Below, piece by piece: positions 38,701-48,162 of a stretch of DNA of 64,000 nt. The position numbers and the translations under genes were made by a program. The number at the start of each line of letters is the position of its first letter. The stretch's first letter is position 1. The DNA comes from Sedimentisphaerales bacterium (GTDB taxonomy: Bacteria; Planctomycetota; Phycisphaerae; Sedimentisphaerales; SM23-30). The notes beneath the pieces were generated by a model that was given only the letters and a program-made list of their open reading frames with translations, made no database searches and was not told the origin of the DNA. The DNA lies in NCBI GenBank assembly GCA_963663965.2, contig CAXXFK010000041.1:43723-107722 (forward strand), read 5' to 3'.

Positions 38701-38862
38701 ATATTCGACCTGATATACCGGGATACCCTGGCTGTTGATTTTGAAAAAGAAGGTGATGGCCTTGTCGGGTGACTGAACCTGGACGGTTGATTGGGCATCA
38801 GCCATGCCGAATAATCCGAGACACAAAACCAGAAGAAGGATATTAATCAGTCTGGAAGGCAT
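35746..38862 (-). CDS. GH97 glycoside hydrolase fused to CE15 (glucuronoyl esterase-like) domain
   Basis: Signal peptide. GH97 motifs: VRAYNEGIAF, TPWRVIMI, WIRPGK, FDAGWY, VDIHDEYRPTGYSRTYPN, PTVWDDT. CE15 motifs: LPDLL, IAAWAWGLSR, GHSRNGKTAL, LPFDQHWLIAL, WADPEG. Confidence 0.88.
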   Translation of the reverse strand: MPSRLINILLLVLCLGLFGMADAQSTVQVQSPDKAITFFFKINSQGIPVYQVEYHGRTVIAESQLGFELDEDLAPDQQYRIVQTVEFVNHDAWSPVCGERDLIPNQFHGFDIELAPTAADGLRFHLMVRAYNEGIAFQYLFPAQSGLKEIKIKNEKTQFAFLDNYQAWATYTAQGKYEKVPLSAIRKGCERPLVIPINDSLTVALAEAALVDFARMKLGPTANHPNTLTAVLDSQVHTPLPLTTPWRVIMIAQSPGQLLEQNYLLLNLNRLCALTDTDWIRPGKVIREVTLTTQGGKACVDFAVQHNLQFVEFDAGWYGPENSNESDAATVTVDPARSKGPLDLPEVIRYAKERNIGIILYVNHRALERQLDDLLPLYQQWGVAGLKYGFVNVGSQQWTSWLHEAVRKAAGARMMVDIHDEYRPTGYSRTYPNLMTQEGIAGDETKPVCQQSLAILFTRMLAGAGDNTICYYDNRVTTNANHAYQLAKAVCFYSPWQFLYWYDRPESSPHKAGGAGGQANIIGNEPELEFYDRIPTVWDDTRVLQGSVGEYAIIARRDNDDWYLGAMNADQDRNWDVPLTFLPSNQPYLATIYRHDPEVPTRTHVRIEKLTVTNKTILPVNLKANDGLAIRFAPASQLTDIHSLKPSVTLPDLLTFQDGNPVTTAQEWTQKRRQEVIDTLLNYEYGFAPPAPKNLNAECELIDKEFLNGKATIKQMKLTFGPKGSPPLHLLIVTPNTGKDKYPVFLGLNFSGNHTTCDHPGIPLSANWIENSKPGVVNNRATDQSRGSAGSNWPYTQIIERGYAVATFYQSDIAPDKADATEGIQFMYNPDRLSHPNPLEWATIAAWAWGLSRAADYLITDNQIDPERIFVMGHSRNGKTALLAGALDERFALVISNQSGCGGAALNRRKMGETVKKINDRFPHWFCGAFKQFNDKEEFLPFDQHWLIALAAPRPILVCSAREDAWADPEGEFLSLKAAGDVYQLLTGTKLQESEMPPLNTLIGNRMGYHIRPGRHNIGEEDWKVFMDFADQNFPHPQ

Positions 38863-38888
38863 AGGGTTTTACTCCATATCGAAAGACA

Positions 38889-39746
38889 TTAATTCTCAGG
38901 ATCCACTTGTTTTCTTAATTCAAAAATACCGCATCCGAAATGGCATCCGAAGTTATTTGAAATGCCATCCCGGGAAAGATCCACTTCATCGTGCAGATCG
39001 CCCCGGTCATCCACATAAGCGAATCGATCAATGGAAAATTTATTGTGGAACCAGTTTAACAGGGTTTGAATGTGAAATACGCGATGCGCGTTGAATTCGA
39101 TTCGCTGGGGGCCGATGGGTACGGAAAAGTAGAGCAGGCCGCCGGGTTCCAGGAGTTGATACAAGTTTTCGAATCCATCCAGATGGCCGTAGAACTGGAT
39201 CGGATCGCCGTATCTACCCAGACCGAAATGCTCCAGCGCATGCAGGCATGATACGGAGTCATACCGGCCGATGAGATGGGCCGGCAAAGGGGCCGTGAAG
39301 TCGGCTTGAATGAAGGTGACGCCGGGAATGGAAGATTCCAGGGGGCGGGTATCGAGAACATCCAGTGACCGGAAACTGGCCAGATGCGCGACCAGACCAT
39401 CAATGCGGGAGCCTATGTCAATATGCCGTTCGGGCTGATTGAGAAAGACACGACGGGCCACCAGTAAATCCTGGTGGAAATAATGGCCGCGGCCGGTTCC
39501 GCTGGCGGCGAAGCGGTCGCCGAGACAGGGATAGAGTCTGCTGATGGGAAACCTGGTATCCGCTTCATTATTATTTTCTATATGAGTCAGGGCTTTTGAA
39601 TCCGTCTGGCGATTGGTCTGTTGCTGTTTGAATAGCTGTAAATCCCGCCAGAACGGGAGGAATCCCCGTAGAAAATGATACCCCTTTTTCGGGTCAATCC
39701 CCAAAAGAGCCAGGGTGCTGTATATGCGTTTTAATAACCGTTTCAT
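38889..39746 (-). CDS. DUF268-family (SAM-methyltransferase-like) protein
   Basis: HYFHQDL, HIDIGSRIDG, SCLHALEHFGLGRYGDP and SVPIG..FNAHRVF motifs. Confidence 0.8.
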   Translation of the reverse strand: MKRLLKRIYSTLALLGIDPKKGYHFLRGFLPFWRDLQLFKQQQTNRQTDSKALTHIENNNEADTRFPISRLYPCLGDRFAASGTGRGHYFHQDLLVARRVFLNQPERHIDIGSRIDGLVAHLASFRSLDVLDTRPLESSIPGVTFIQADFTAPLPAHLIGRYDSVSCLHALEHFGLGRYGDPIQFYGHLDGFENLYQLLEPGGLLYFSVPIGPQRIEFNAHRVFHIQTLLNWFHNKFSIDRFAYVDDRGDLHDEVDLSRDGISNNFGCHFGCGIFELRKQVDPEN

Positions 39747-39934
39747 AGCCAGTTAAAACATATCTGCCAGATAAGTTTTTTTCAAGAAAAAACTGAGAGC
39801 TGAATACCGGCAGGATTATACTATAATTTCAGTGCGATTACAGGTTTATACCGGTATAGGGAACACCGATTTGGCAAGTATTGGCTTCCGGCTGACAAAA
39901 GTCCATCGCTTAATTGGTGGTGATCATGATACGA

Positions 39935-41157
39935 TCAGATCTGCTCATCGATCAACAAGTAAAGTTGATCATTTCTCCGAATCAATGGTTTACAGGGAAA
40001 GGTGACCCTGCCCTTTGTGACCGATTCGACGGTCCGGCCATTATCATCGCGTAATTCGTCGATGGTCAGATCCACGATTCCGGTCGTGGCGCCGAAAATC
40101 TGTACTTTATCATTAACCCTAAGCGGGTGAGATGTGACATTCAGATAAGCAATCCGCCGGTTGGGGTAGTAATTCAGGATTTTGCCGATGAACACTTTGC
40201 GGATCGAAGCCCAGGAGCCTTCACGGTCCGACCAGTCCCGGGGTCCGGGCCGTCCAAATAAAAAGCCCGTGGAAAATCCCCGATTATACACTGTTTTGAG
40301 TTCGTTCATCCAGAGATCGACTTGATCCTGGTTGAAATGGCCGGCAGAAATGGCGTCAATGGCCGCGCGATAGATGCCGGTGACAGTACGGATATATTCC
40401 GGCGGCCGGCTGCGCCCTTCGATTTTAAAGGCATCGATCCCCGCAATTACCAGTTTGTCCAGCACGGGCAAACTGCACAGGTCTTTGGGACTCATGACAT
40501 AGTCGTTGTGGAGTTCCAGTTCACTGCCGGTATCCGGATCGGTGACTCGATAGCCGTAACGGCACGGTTGATAACAGTCACCCCGATTCCCCGATTTGTT
40601 GTGTAAAAATTGTGACAGAAAGCATCGTCCGGAAACGGAGACACACATCGCCCCGTGTACAAAGGCTTCGATTTCGATTCCGGTTTGTTGTTTGATATGT
40701 TGAATCTGGCGGAGGTCCAGTTCGCGCGCCAGTACCACCCGTTCGGCGCCCAGATTGCGATAGAATTGAACCGCCTGACAATTGGAGATGCTGGCTTGAG
40801 TTGAAATATGAATGGGCAATTGGCGAGTTCTGGCGGCGGTTATCACCGCGGGATCCCAGCATATCACCGCATCGACACCAGCCGTTTTAATCGCATCCAG
40901 CAGTCGCTGTAATTCATCCTGTTCGTTGTCATAGATAATGGCATTGACCGTGATATAAACTTTGACTCCCCCGGTCATGCGCGTACCGGACAGCTTCAGG
41001 CAGTTTGTGTAATTCGATCCCCCCGTGAATTGATCCGCATATTCAGTCCGCCAACGCCGAAGTAGACGGCGTCCGCTCCGGCCTGGATGGCGGCCTGGAA
41101 GGAGATCTCATCACGAACTGGTGACATAAGTTCAGGTTTTTTAGACGGTTTATTCAT
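39935..41157 (-). pseudogene. Peptidase U32 family protein (RNA hydroxylase-type), two 5' frameshifts (probably sequencing error)
   Basis: The ATG at 41157 gives MNKPSKKPELMSPV..AGADAVYFG..LNMR. Removing one C from C6 (41019-41024) and one from C5 (40968-40972) joins it to VKVYITVN...HISTQAS, EAFVHGAMCVSVSGRC, NRGDCYQPCR and FKIEGRSR. Confidence 0.85.
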
Positions 41158-41163
41158 GAATGA

Positions 41164-41868
41164 TTAATATTCCGCCATTTGCTGCCAGAGGTTGTCGTAT
41201 TCATCGAGGTATTTCTGGACAATGGGGCGATGGTCGGTAATGATCAGGTTTTCCTGGTTGAAACGAGCGGCGCTATAGGTCCAGTTGTAGCTGCCGGTCA
41301 GCGCTTCGCGGTTATCGCAAATGGCAAACTTGTGATGCATATGGTTGGAGGATCGGTCGATACGAACCGGTATGCCGGCCTGATGGAGCCTTTCAATGTC
41401 GGAACCGGCATCATTGACCTTGTCATTGTCGGTCAGTATACGAATATTGATATTTGCCCGATGGGCCTGGATCAACCGGTCGCTGATGTGATTATCGCTG
41501 ATAGTGAATACACAGATACGCAGTGTGTGGCGGGCTCGGCCAATGAAATTACAGATCGCACCGATACAGTCATCCTGCGGGCTGAAAAAAATATCGCAAG
41601 CCGGTTCGGGTAACTGGCTGCTGTCGGGGATCAGGGCTTTATTGGCTTTTTCCAGCCAATCCAGAATCGTATTGATGTTGTCCGGGGTGATACGCGCTCT
41701 GGCGATATTGAACAGATGGCTGCGCAACAGGGAAAGGTCCTGGTTATTGACTCCGGCATCCTGCAACATGGCGGTTAATTCACGCCGTTCCGTCCGGGTA
41801 AAGATGTAATCATCCAGACTGCTTTTCAGTTTCGCGATAATCGGTGTGATAGAATCGGACAAAATCAA
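41164..41868 (-). CDS. Phospholipase D-family (Nuc-like, single HKD) protein
   Basis: FFSP, ICVFTISD, MHHKFAICD, TGSYNWT..A..NQEN. AGGAG RBS before a TTG start. Confidence 0.85.
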   Translation of the reverse strand: MILSDSITPIIAKLKSSLDDYIFTRTERRELTAMLQDAGVNNQDLSLLRSHLFNIARARITPDNINTILDWLEKANKALIPDSSQLPEPACDIFFSPQDDCIGAICNFIGRARHTLRICVFTISDNHISDRLIQAHRANINIRILTDNDKVNDAGSDIERLHQAGIPVRIDRSSNHMHHKFAICDNREALTGSYNWTYSAARFNQENLIITDHRPIVQKYLDEYDNLWQQMAEY

Positions 41869-41924
41869 ATCTCCTAATGCTTTACATGCGAGTAATCAGG
41901 CTAAATCTATGATAATTTCTGAAT

Positions 41925-41959
41925 AAAAAAACCGCAATGGAAAATCCATCGCGGTTTTT
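41925..41959 (-). terminator. Intrinsic terminator after hcp
   Basis: AAAAAAACCGC(A)ATGG-AAAAT-CCAT(C)GCGGTTTTT. Confidence 0.75.
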
Positions 41960-41985
41960 GGTTAGCTGAAATGCGTTAAATGTGA

Positions 41986-43638
41986 TCAGGAAGCCAGCAT
42001 CGCTTTGAGGTCTTCCTGAGGGTCACCGATCGGGGTCAGGCCGAAATTATCTACCAGGACATTTAAAACGTTGGGTCCGATAAAGGCAGGCAGGGAGGGT
42101 CCGATACGCATATTCTTGATGCCAAGGTGAAGCAGGGTCAGGAGGATGCAAACGGCTTTTTGTTCATACCAGCTTAATACCAGCGATAAGGGCAGATCAT
42201 TGACACCGCATTCAAAGGCCCCGGCCAGGGCAACGGCAATCTGAATTGCGGAGTAGGCATCATTACACTGGCCGATGTCCAGGAGGCGTGGAATGCCGCC
42301 GATATCACCAAACTCGAGCTTGTTGAAGCGATATTTTCCGCAGGCCAGGGTTAAAATCACACAGTCATCTGGAACGGCTTTGGCCAGATCCGTGTAGTAA
42401 TTGCGGCCGGATTTGGCGCCATCACAACCGCCAATCAGGAAGAAGTGTTTGATCTGACCGGCTTTAACGGCTTCGATGACCTTATCGGCCACGCTCATTA
42501 CGGTATTATGGCCGAAACCGATGGTGATGGTTTTTTCCGGAATATCGGTAGTGAAGCCATCCTCTGCCACGGCGGCTTCAATGACAGGTGAGAAATCTTT
42601 GTCCGGGCCGATATGCTGAACGCCGGGCCAGGCGACCAGACCGGTAGTGAAGATGCGATCTTTATAACTGTCGGTGGGTTCCTGGATACAATTGGTTGTC
42701 ATCAGAATCGCGCCCGGGAACGAGGCGAATTCCTTGTGCTGATCCTGCCAGGCGCCGCCGTAGTTGCCTACCAGATGGGGGTATTTTTTCAGGCCGGGAT
42801 AGGCCAGGCAGGGCAGCATTTCGCCATGGGTATAAATATTAACGCCTTTGCCCTGGGTTTGCTGACAGAGCAGGTCAAGATCTTTCAGGTCGTGGCCGGA
42901 TACCAGAATGGCTTTGCCACGCACGGGCGTAATCCGTACGCTGGTTGGCTCGGGGTGGCCATAGGCGCCGGTATTGGCCTGATCGAGAAGTTCCATTACG
43001 CGCAGATTTACTTCGCCCACTTTGAGCGCCAGTGCAGTCAGGGCGTTGATTTCTTTGACGGCAGGCGTCGAGAAGAAATCGAGCGCTTCATGGAAAAAGT
43101 CCATTACCGCATCATCGGTAACACCCAGGATCAGGGCGTGGTCGTAATAGGCTGCGGTACCTTTCAAGCCATAGGTAATCAATTCCTGTAATCCGGAGAC
43201 ATCCGGGCCCAGGTCTTCCAGACGGCGGGCGATACCGACAGCCGCGGCGGCGCTGGTCATGGCGTCGAGGGTTTCCGGGAATTGCCAGTTATCAATGGCG
43301 CTCAATGCTTCCGGAGTCTGGCCTTTGTCTTGTGCTGCTTTCTGATAGAGCGAACGTGCTTTATTGAGCATGTCTTTACCAGTCAAAATGATCGATTCGA
43401 TATTGTCTGAATCGAAATTGACATTGGTAACCGTGGTGAAAAGCGCTTCGATGATGTAGCGGTCGATGGCGTCGTCTCTGGCTCCCAATTGGCGGGCCCG
43501 ATGCGCGTACGATGAAATGGCCTTACAGACATAAACTAACAGGTCTTGCAGATCAGACGTTTCGGCGGTTTTACCGCATACGCCTTTAAGTGTACAGCCA
43601 GTTCCTTTGGCGGTTTGCTCGCATTGATAACATAGCAT
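41986..43638 (-). CDS. hcp: Hydroxylamine reductase (hybrid cluster protein)
   Basis: MLCYQCEQT..GC..GVCGK, FTTVTNVNF, SGHDL, YTHGEMLP, TTNC, GGCDG, LACGKYRF, DIGQCND and SWYEQKA motifs. Confidence 0.97.
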   Translation of the reverse strand: MLCYQCEQTAKGTGCTLKGVCGKTAETSDLQDLLVYVCKAISSYAHRARQLGARDDAIDRYIIEALFTTVTNVNFDSDNIESIILTGKDMLNKARSLYQKAAQDKGQTPEALSAIDNWQFPETLDAMTSAAAAVGIARRLEDLGPDVSGLQELITYGLKGTAAYYDHALILGVTDDAVMDFFHEALDFFSTPAVKEINALTALALKVGEVNLRVMELLDQANTGAYGHPEPTSVRITPVRGKAILVSGHDLKDLDLLCQQTQGKGVNIYTHGEMLPCLAYPGLKKYPHLVGNYGGAWQDQHKEFASFPGAILMTTNCIQEPTDSYKDRIFTTGLVAWPGVQHIGPDKDFSPVIEAAVAEDGFTTDIPEKTITIGFGHNTVMSVADKVIEAVKAGQIKHFFLIGGCDGAKSGRNYYTDLAKAVPDDCVILTLACGKYRFNKLEFGDIGGIPRLLDIGQCNDAYSAIQIAVALAGAFECGVNDLPLSLVLSWYEQKAVCILLTLLHLGIKNMRIGPSLPAFIGPNVLNVLVDNFGLTPIGDPQEDLKAMLAS

Positions 43639-43827
43639 AGAAAAGTTCTCCTGTAAAAATGAGGATATATAGTAGATATCGATAGTTTATTATTGAATCT
43701 TAGGGATAGACAGAATGATAAAACCACCATTAATTCAAATTAACCTAACCCGGCAGCGCCGAAGCCAAACCGGGTCACAGCAGCCTTTGCCACCCTGATA
43801 AGATTTTTAGCCATTTGACATAAGATT

Positions 43828-44235
43828 TTACTCGTAAGAGCCTAAATGTCCTAATGTAACGCTGGTAAGATGATTGTTAATCGTCTCCTGTAATCCGGCC
43901 AGTTTGTCATGAACCGGGCATTTTCCTTTCAATGGACAGGAAAAATTGCCGAGCAGGCAATGATTGAGACGCACCGGGCCCTGAATGGTCTCGATGATTT
44001 CTTTAAAATTGATCTGGTCCGGGTGGCGTTTCAATTGATAGCCGCCCCTGGGGCCCATTTCGCTGGTGACCAGACCGGCAGCGGCCAGTTTCTGAAGTAA
44101 TTTACAGGCCAACTGGTAGGGAACATGAGTTTCCTGAGCCATCTTTCTGACTGAAATAGGGCCTTGTTGGTAGTTTTTGGCTAATTCACCAATCAGGCGA
44201 AAGGTGTAGTCGGTATTTTTTCTGATGATGTCCAT
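43828..44235 (-). CDS. Rrf2-family Fe-S transcriptional regulator
   Basis: wHTH (KLLQKLAAAGLV.S.MGPRGGYQL) and C-terminal CLLGNFSCPLKGKCPVH. Confidence 0.92.
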   Translation of the reverse strand: MDIIRKNTDYTFRLIGELAKNYQQGPISVRKMAQETHVPYQLACKLLQKLAAAGLVTSEMGPRGGYQLKRHPDQINFKEIIETIQGPVRLNHCLLGNFSCPLKGKCPVHDKLAGLQETINNHLTSVTLGHLGSYE

Positions 44236-44250
44236 TGTGTCTCCTGATTA

Positions 44251-44285
44251 TATAAGACTATATTAGTCCTATACCAAAAAGTCAA
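44251..44285 (-). promoter_or_regulatory. Sigma70 promoter of rrf2 overlapped by an Rrf2-type palindromic operator
   Basis: Minus-strand TTGACT (44280-44285)-N17-TATAGT (44257-44262), and the palindrome TATAAGACTA-TAT-TAGTCCTATA (44251-44273). Confidence 0.65.
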
Positions 44286-44430
44286 ATTCAGGATATATTT
44301 TTTAAAAAAAATTCTGTAAGGGATTTTATCCGGAAATAGCGGTCGACGCTGACTTGCTGTAAATATTTTTATCGCAGTAGCTTATGGTTTATTTTTGTGG
44401 AAAGCAGACGACAGGATCGCACAAAGGAAA

Positions 44431-46851
44431 TCAGTCTTTAAGTCGATAAATAAACATTAAATCCGTGTTGATTTTCACCGGTTCATAATGGGTCATGATA
44501 AATTCCCGTAAGGGCCACATGATCTCATGGCGCTGACGTTCGATTTGTGCCCGTTCTTCCGCTTTGTCTTCAGGCATGGGGCCTCCGGGTCGTTTGGGAT
44601 CCGTCAATGACATTCTGGTAACCATTGCCACCCGGTCCAGTATCTGGTCTTTTAAAGCTTCGGCTTGAGGATAAGTCATCGGCAAAGAACCTGAGGCGGG
44701 TTGTTGAGGGGCTATCCGCATGAGGATGTCCTTGCGAGTGGAATCGCGCCAGCGCAGCCACAGATCGAACAGGGGATGTTCATAGAAGGGGAAATGAACT
44801 TTTTGCGAATCGACGATATACCTGGGTTTGTTTCGTGAGAAGTCTTTAAGCAGTTCATTCATCCTTCTGGTCAGAATGATGGGGTCATCTGAATGCATAT
44901 CGCTATAGGCGGCATTCAAGGCCGGACAGGTCCGCTGGGCGGAAAGATAAATACCGGGATACCAGCCCCAGACATAGATTTTGTCCCTGGGATCGGAATT
45001 TTCTTTGATAAATTCGCCGATCTGTTCCCAAAAGGCCGTTTGACCAACGCTTTTGGCCCGTTCTTTAAAGGGTGAGTCCGAATGGGAACCATCGGGTAAT
45101 GTTTTGCCAAACAGAGCGGTGCTGTTCCAGGCGATCATCAGAATAACGGTCAGGGAAGCCAGTGATAATTTTCGTAAAGATAGCATTTGCGGTTTATTTA
45201 GAAAGATCAGAAGAGCGATGAAACCTCCAGAGAGAATCAGTCGGAGGATAAAGCCGTTCCAATATGATCCAACGATTTCGGAGGTATTGAGAGCCAGTCC
45301 ATTTCCTGGCTGGGCGACGATCCAGACGAGCAGCCAGTCCAGCAGCAGCCAACAGCCACCCAGCGTTAAATAACCCCATTCCAGCCGGCGGCATTGAAAC
45401 AGAACCCAGGCCGCCAGCATGGCTGCCGAGGCGTTCAGGGGTAAATAGTACTGGACGTAACTGCGAGGAGAGATCCAGATAAAAGCCATATCCAGAATCC
45501 ACCAGATGCCCAGAAAGATAATGATCCGGTCAGGAATATTTGAGATTGGATGGAATGGTTTTTGCGCAGAGCCGAGGTTTTCTGAGGGCCGGCCGGGGTC
45601 GGAATTTCTAACAGATGATCCGGAATGAAACAGCAACCGGGCAACGCCGAGCACCAGCGCAGTGACACCAAAGCCGATCGGAACCAACAGGTCGTGACAA
45701 TAGCGAGTGACGTTATTGAACTGGGTGTAAAGATCCCGTGCGACCCCAAGATAGCCGGCCCTTCCGGTTAAATACCCGAGGAATTCGGACCAGACATTCG
45801 CGATGCTGCGGCCAATGACTTTAGCCAATTGAAATTCCGGCAAATCCTGCAGATAAAAACCAAGTTGATTGTTAAAGAAAAAGAAGATACAGATCAAAAC
45901 AAAGATCAACAAAGATGAAATCAGGGCAGGAATCACCCAGCGCGGGTTCAATCGGGCCCGTCCGGAATGGATCAGATAGCGTAAAAGTTTCGCAAGTCCA
46001 ATCAGGATCAAAAGTGCAATCACCGGGGCGGCCGGTAACGTGGTGATGACCTTCATCACTTGATTTTGCCATAGATATAGCAGGCAGATAGGAATTAAAC
46101 CAAGTCCCGCCCCGTAAAATAACCAGGCGAAGTCATGTCCTATTTGCGACCAGCGTTTTTGGCGGAAAACCGCCAGGATGATGAGATACAATCCCAGGGC
46201 TATCACCACTGAAATCCCTGTTTGCTTAAAGTACCAGCATTCCATCGCGGCAGCGCCGCATAAGAGCAGCCACCATCGCGGCCCGCCGATTTCATAAAGC
46301 ATCCAGGCGGCCGCAGCGGTCATCGTACAGGCGATCATGAATTGTTCTTTGGCGTTGCCCTGTTTGGCGTAGGGGGGCAAGCTGAGATAAAAAGCTGCCA
46401 TGATCAACATGATCGCGGCGGGCCAGTTTCCGAAAAACTTCCGCAAGGTATAGTATGACAAGCCCAAAGCGGCCAGTTGCATGAACAGCTGCATGAGTTT
46501 GGGTCCGGTTTCGCTGTAACCAAAGATGGCGACCCCTATGACGTTGACCATTAAGGTGGCAGGCTGGGCACTGATAGAAATGTCACGATCCACTTTCTGA
46601 CCGGAGAGCAGGGCTTTGGCTTGATAAACATTAAAACTGCTGTCGTAGGGATCTTTGGTGCCCAGTTCGAGATATTTGCCATAACTAAAAGGAATGGCGG
46701 CGATTGCAAGCGTTAGAATGATCCAGATTATTTGATGTTTGCCGGCCTTAGCGGTTGTTGACTGGAGAGGGGGCAGCGGGGTCTCCGCAGTGGGGGCCGA
46801 CTGGTTGTTGTTTTTTTGCGGCTGGCGGTTTGTTTTACGATTTTTAGCCAT
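44431..46851 (-). CDS. Polytopic membrane glycosyltransferase (GT-C / family 39-like)
   Basis: Many TM helices, a first loop with DPYDS, GNAKEQF, FKQTG, YVQYYLP, and a C-terminal soluble IYVWGWYPGIY..R..KPRYIVD region. Confidence 0.7.
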   Translation of the reverse strand: MAKNRKTNRQPQKNNNQSAPTAETPLPPLQSTTAKAGKHQIIWIILTLAIAAIPFSYGKYLELGTKDPYDSSFNVYQAKALLSGQKVDRDISISAQPATLMVNVIGVAIFGYSETGPKLMQLFMQLAALGLSYYTLRKFFGNWPAAIMLIMAAFYLSLPPYAKQGNAKEQFMIACTMTAAAAWMLYEIGGPRWWLLLCGAAAMECWYFKQTGISVVIALGLYLIILAVFRQKRWSQIGHDFAWLFYGAGLGLIPICLLYLWQNQVMKVITTLPAAPVIALLILIGLAKLLRYLIHSGRARLNPRWVIPALISSLLIFVLICIFFFFNNQLGFYLQDLPEFQLAKVIGRSIANVWSEFLGYLTGRAGYLGVARDLYTQFNNVTRYCHDLLVPIGFGVTALVLGVARLLFHSGSSVRNSDPGRPSENLGSAQKPFHPISNIPDRIIIFLGIWWILDMAFIWISPRSYVQYYLPLNASAAMLAAWVLFQCRRLEWGYLTLGGCWLLLDWLLVWIVAQPGNGLALNTSEIVGSYWNGFILRLILSGGFIALLIFLNKPQMLSLRKLSLASLTVILMIAWNSTALFGKTLPDGSHSDSPFKERAKSVGQTAFWEQIGEFIKENSDPRDKIYVWGWYPGIYLSAQRTCPALNAAYSDMHSDDPIILTRRMNELLKDFSRNKPRYIVDSQKVHFPFYEHPLFDLWLRWRDSTRKDILMRIAPQQPASGSLPMTYPQAEALKDQILDRVAMVTRMSLTDPKRPGGPMPEDKAEERAQIERQRHEIMWPLREFIMTHYEPVKINTDLMFIYRLKD

Positions 46852-46875
46852 AGCAAGCCTGATTTCCTGTAATGA

Positions 46876-47910
46876 TCAATCGGTTTGGGAGCTATCATTC
46901 GCCGTTTTGGTGGTTTCCGGTTCGATAATATGCCGTATGATGTAGGTTGGTTTATCCTGAGATTCATGATAGGTTCGACATAACATTTCTGCCAGCAGCC
47001 CCATCAGCAAAAATTGGATGCTCATCATCATGAGCATGGCGGCCAGGATCGGCAACGGGCTTTGACTCATATCTTCATGATTGGCAATTTTGAGATAGAC
47101 CATGATGGAGCCGATAATTAGCGCACTCAGGAAGGATAATAACCCAATTCCCCCAAAGATATGTAAAGGGCGTGTGCTGAATGTGCCCAGAAATTTGATC
47201 GTAATCAAATCCAGTACGACTTTAAAGGTTCGATTCAAGCCGTATTTTGTTTTTCCACGGGTGCGCGGATGGTGATTGACAACCATTTCTGTGACGCGGG
47301 CTCCGGCCCAACTGGCCAGGGCTGGGATAAAGCGATGCATTTCGCCGTATAGTTTGAGGTTGGCAATGATATCGCGATGATAGGCTTTCAGGCTGCATCC
47401 GTAATCATGCAATCGGACACCGGTAATAATACCGATGACGTAATTGGCGATCCAGGATGGAATTTTTCGGGTAATAAAGGTGTCCTTGCGGTTTTGACGC
47501 CAGCCGCTGACCACGTCGTACCCTTCCTGAAGTTTACGAACAACGCGGGGAATATCGGCCGGATCGTTTTGCATATCACCATCGATTGGAACTATGATAT
47601 CTCCAACGCAGTGATCAAAACCGGCGGCGATAGCAGAGGTCTGGCCGAAATTGCGGCGGAAGAAGATGACTTTCATGGGAAAACGCTGCCGAAGTTGGGA
47701 ATTGTCATCTGAGGCTATTCGTTCCCGGCATAGATCTTTCAATGCGTCACAAGTACCATCATTACTGCCGTCATCAACGACAATCAATTCCCAGCGATAA
47801 ATGCCGGCCGACATAACTTCAAAGATACGAGTCACTAATGGACGGATATTATCGCGCTCATTGTAAACCGGCACAATAATAGAAACCATAGGCGGTTGAG
47901 ATTCGGCCAT
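46876..47910 (-). CDS. GT2 polyprenol-phosphate glycosyltransferase (ArnC/GtrB-like)
   Basis: SIIVPVYNE, VDDGSND, RNFGQ, DGDMQNDP, SGWRQNRKD, LYGEMHRFIP and two C-terminal TM helices. Confidence 0.9.
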   Translation of the reverse strand: MAESQPPMVSIIVPVYNERDNIRPLVTRIFEVMSAGIYRWELIVVDDGSNDGTCDALKDLCRERIASDDNSQLRQRFPMKVIFFRRNFGQTSAIAAGFDHCVGDIIVPIDGDMQNDPADIPRVVRKLQEGYDVVSGWRQNRKDTFITRKIPSWIANYVIGIITGVRLHDYGCSLKAYHRDIIANLKLYGEMHRFIPALASWAGARVTEMVVNHHPRTRGKTKYGLNRTFKVVLDLITIKFLGTFSTRPLHIFGGIGLLSFLSALIIGSIMVYLKIANHEDMSQSPLPILAAMLMMMSIQFLLMGLLAEMLCRTYHESQDKPTYIIRHIIEPETTKTANDSSQTD

Positions 47911-48095
47911 GTATTGACTCCATTAACGTCTTTAATAATAGAGGGTTATCGTATTTCATCAAGAATCTGAACTAGTATAACGATATATCCAATTTCGGTC
48001 AATCCCGCCGGTAAATACAGTTATATTGTTGTGAGACATGAATTTATGTATGGTGATAGCCATTATGGGACGTTGAGGGTGCAGATTGGTACAAA

Positions 48096-48123
48096 ATAAA
48101 AGGCCCGGTACAAAACCGGGCCT
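48096..48123 (-). terminator. Intrinsic terminator after the DUF1080 gene
   Basis: AAAA-GGCCCGGT-ACAAA-ACCGGGCC-T. Confidence 0.7.
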
Positions 48124-48162
48124 GAACGTTTATCAGTCAGATAAATGAATATGAATATATGG

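Noticed and set aside
40968..41024. Phase-variable poly-G tracts in the U32 gene
   Set aside because: The runs are only 5-6 nt and fit the window-wide homopolymer error pattern.
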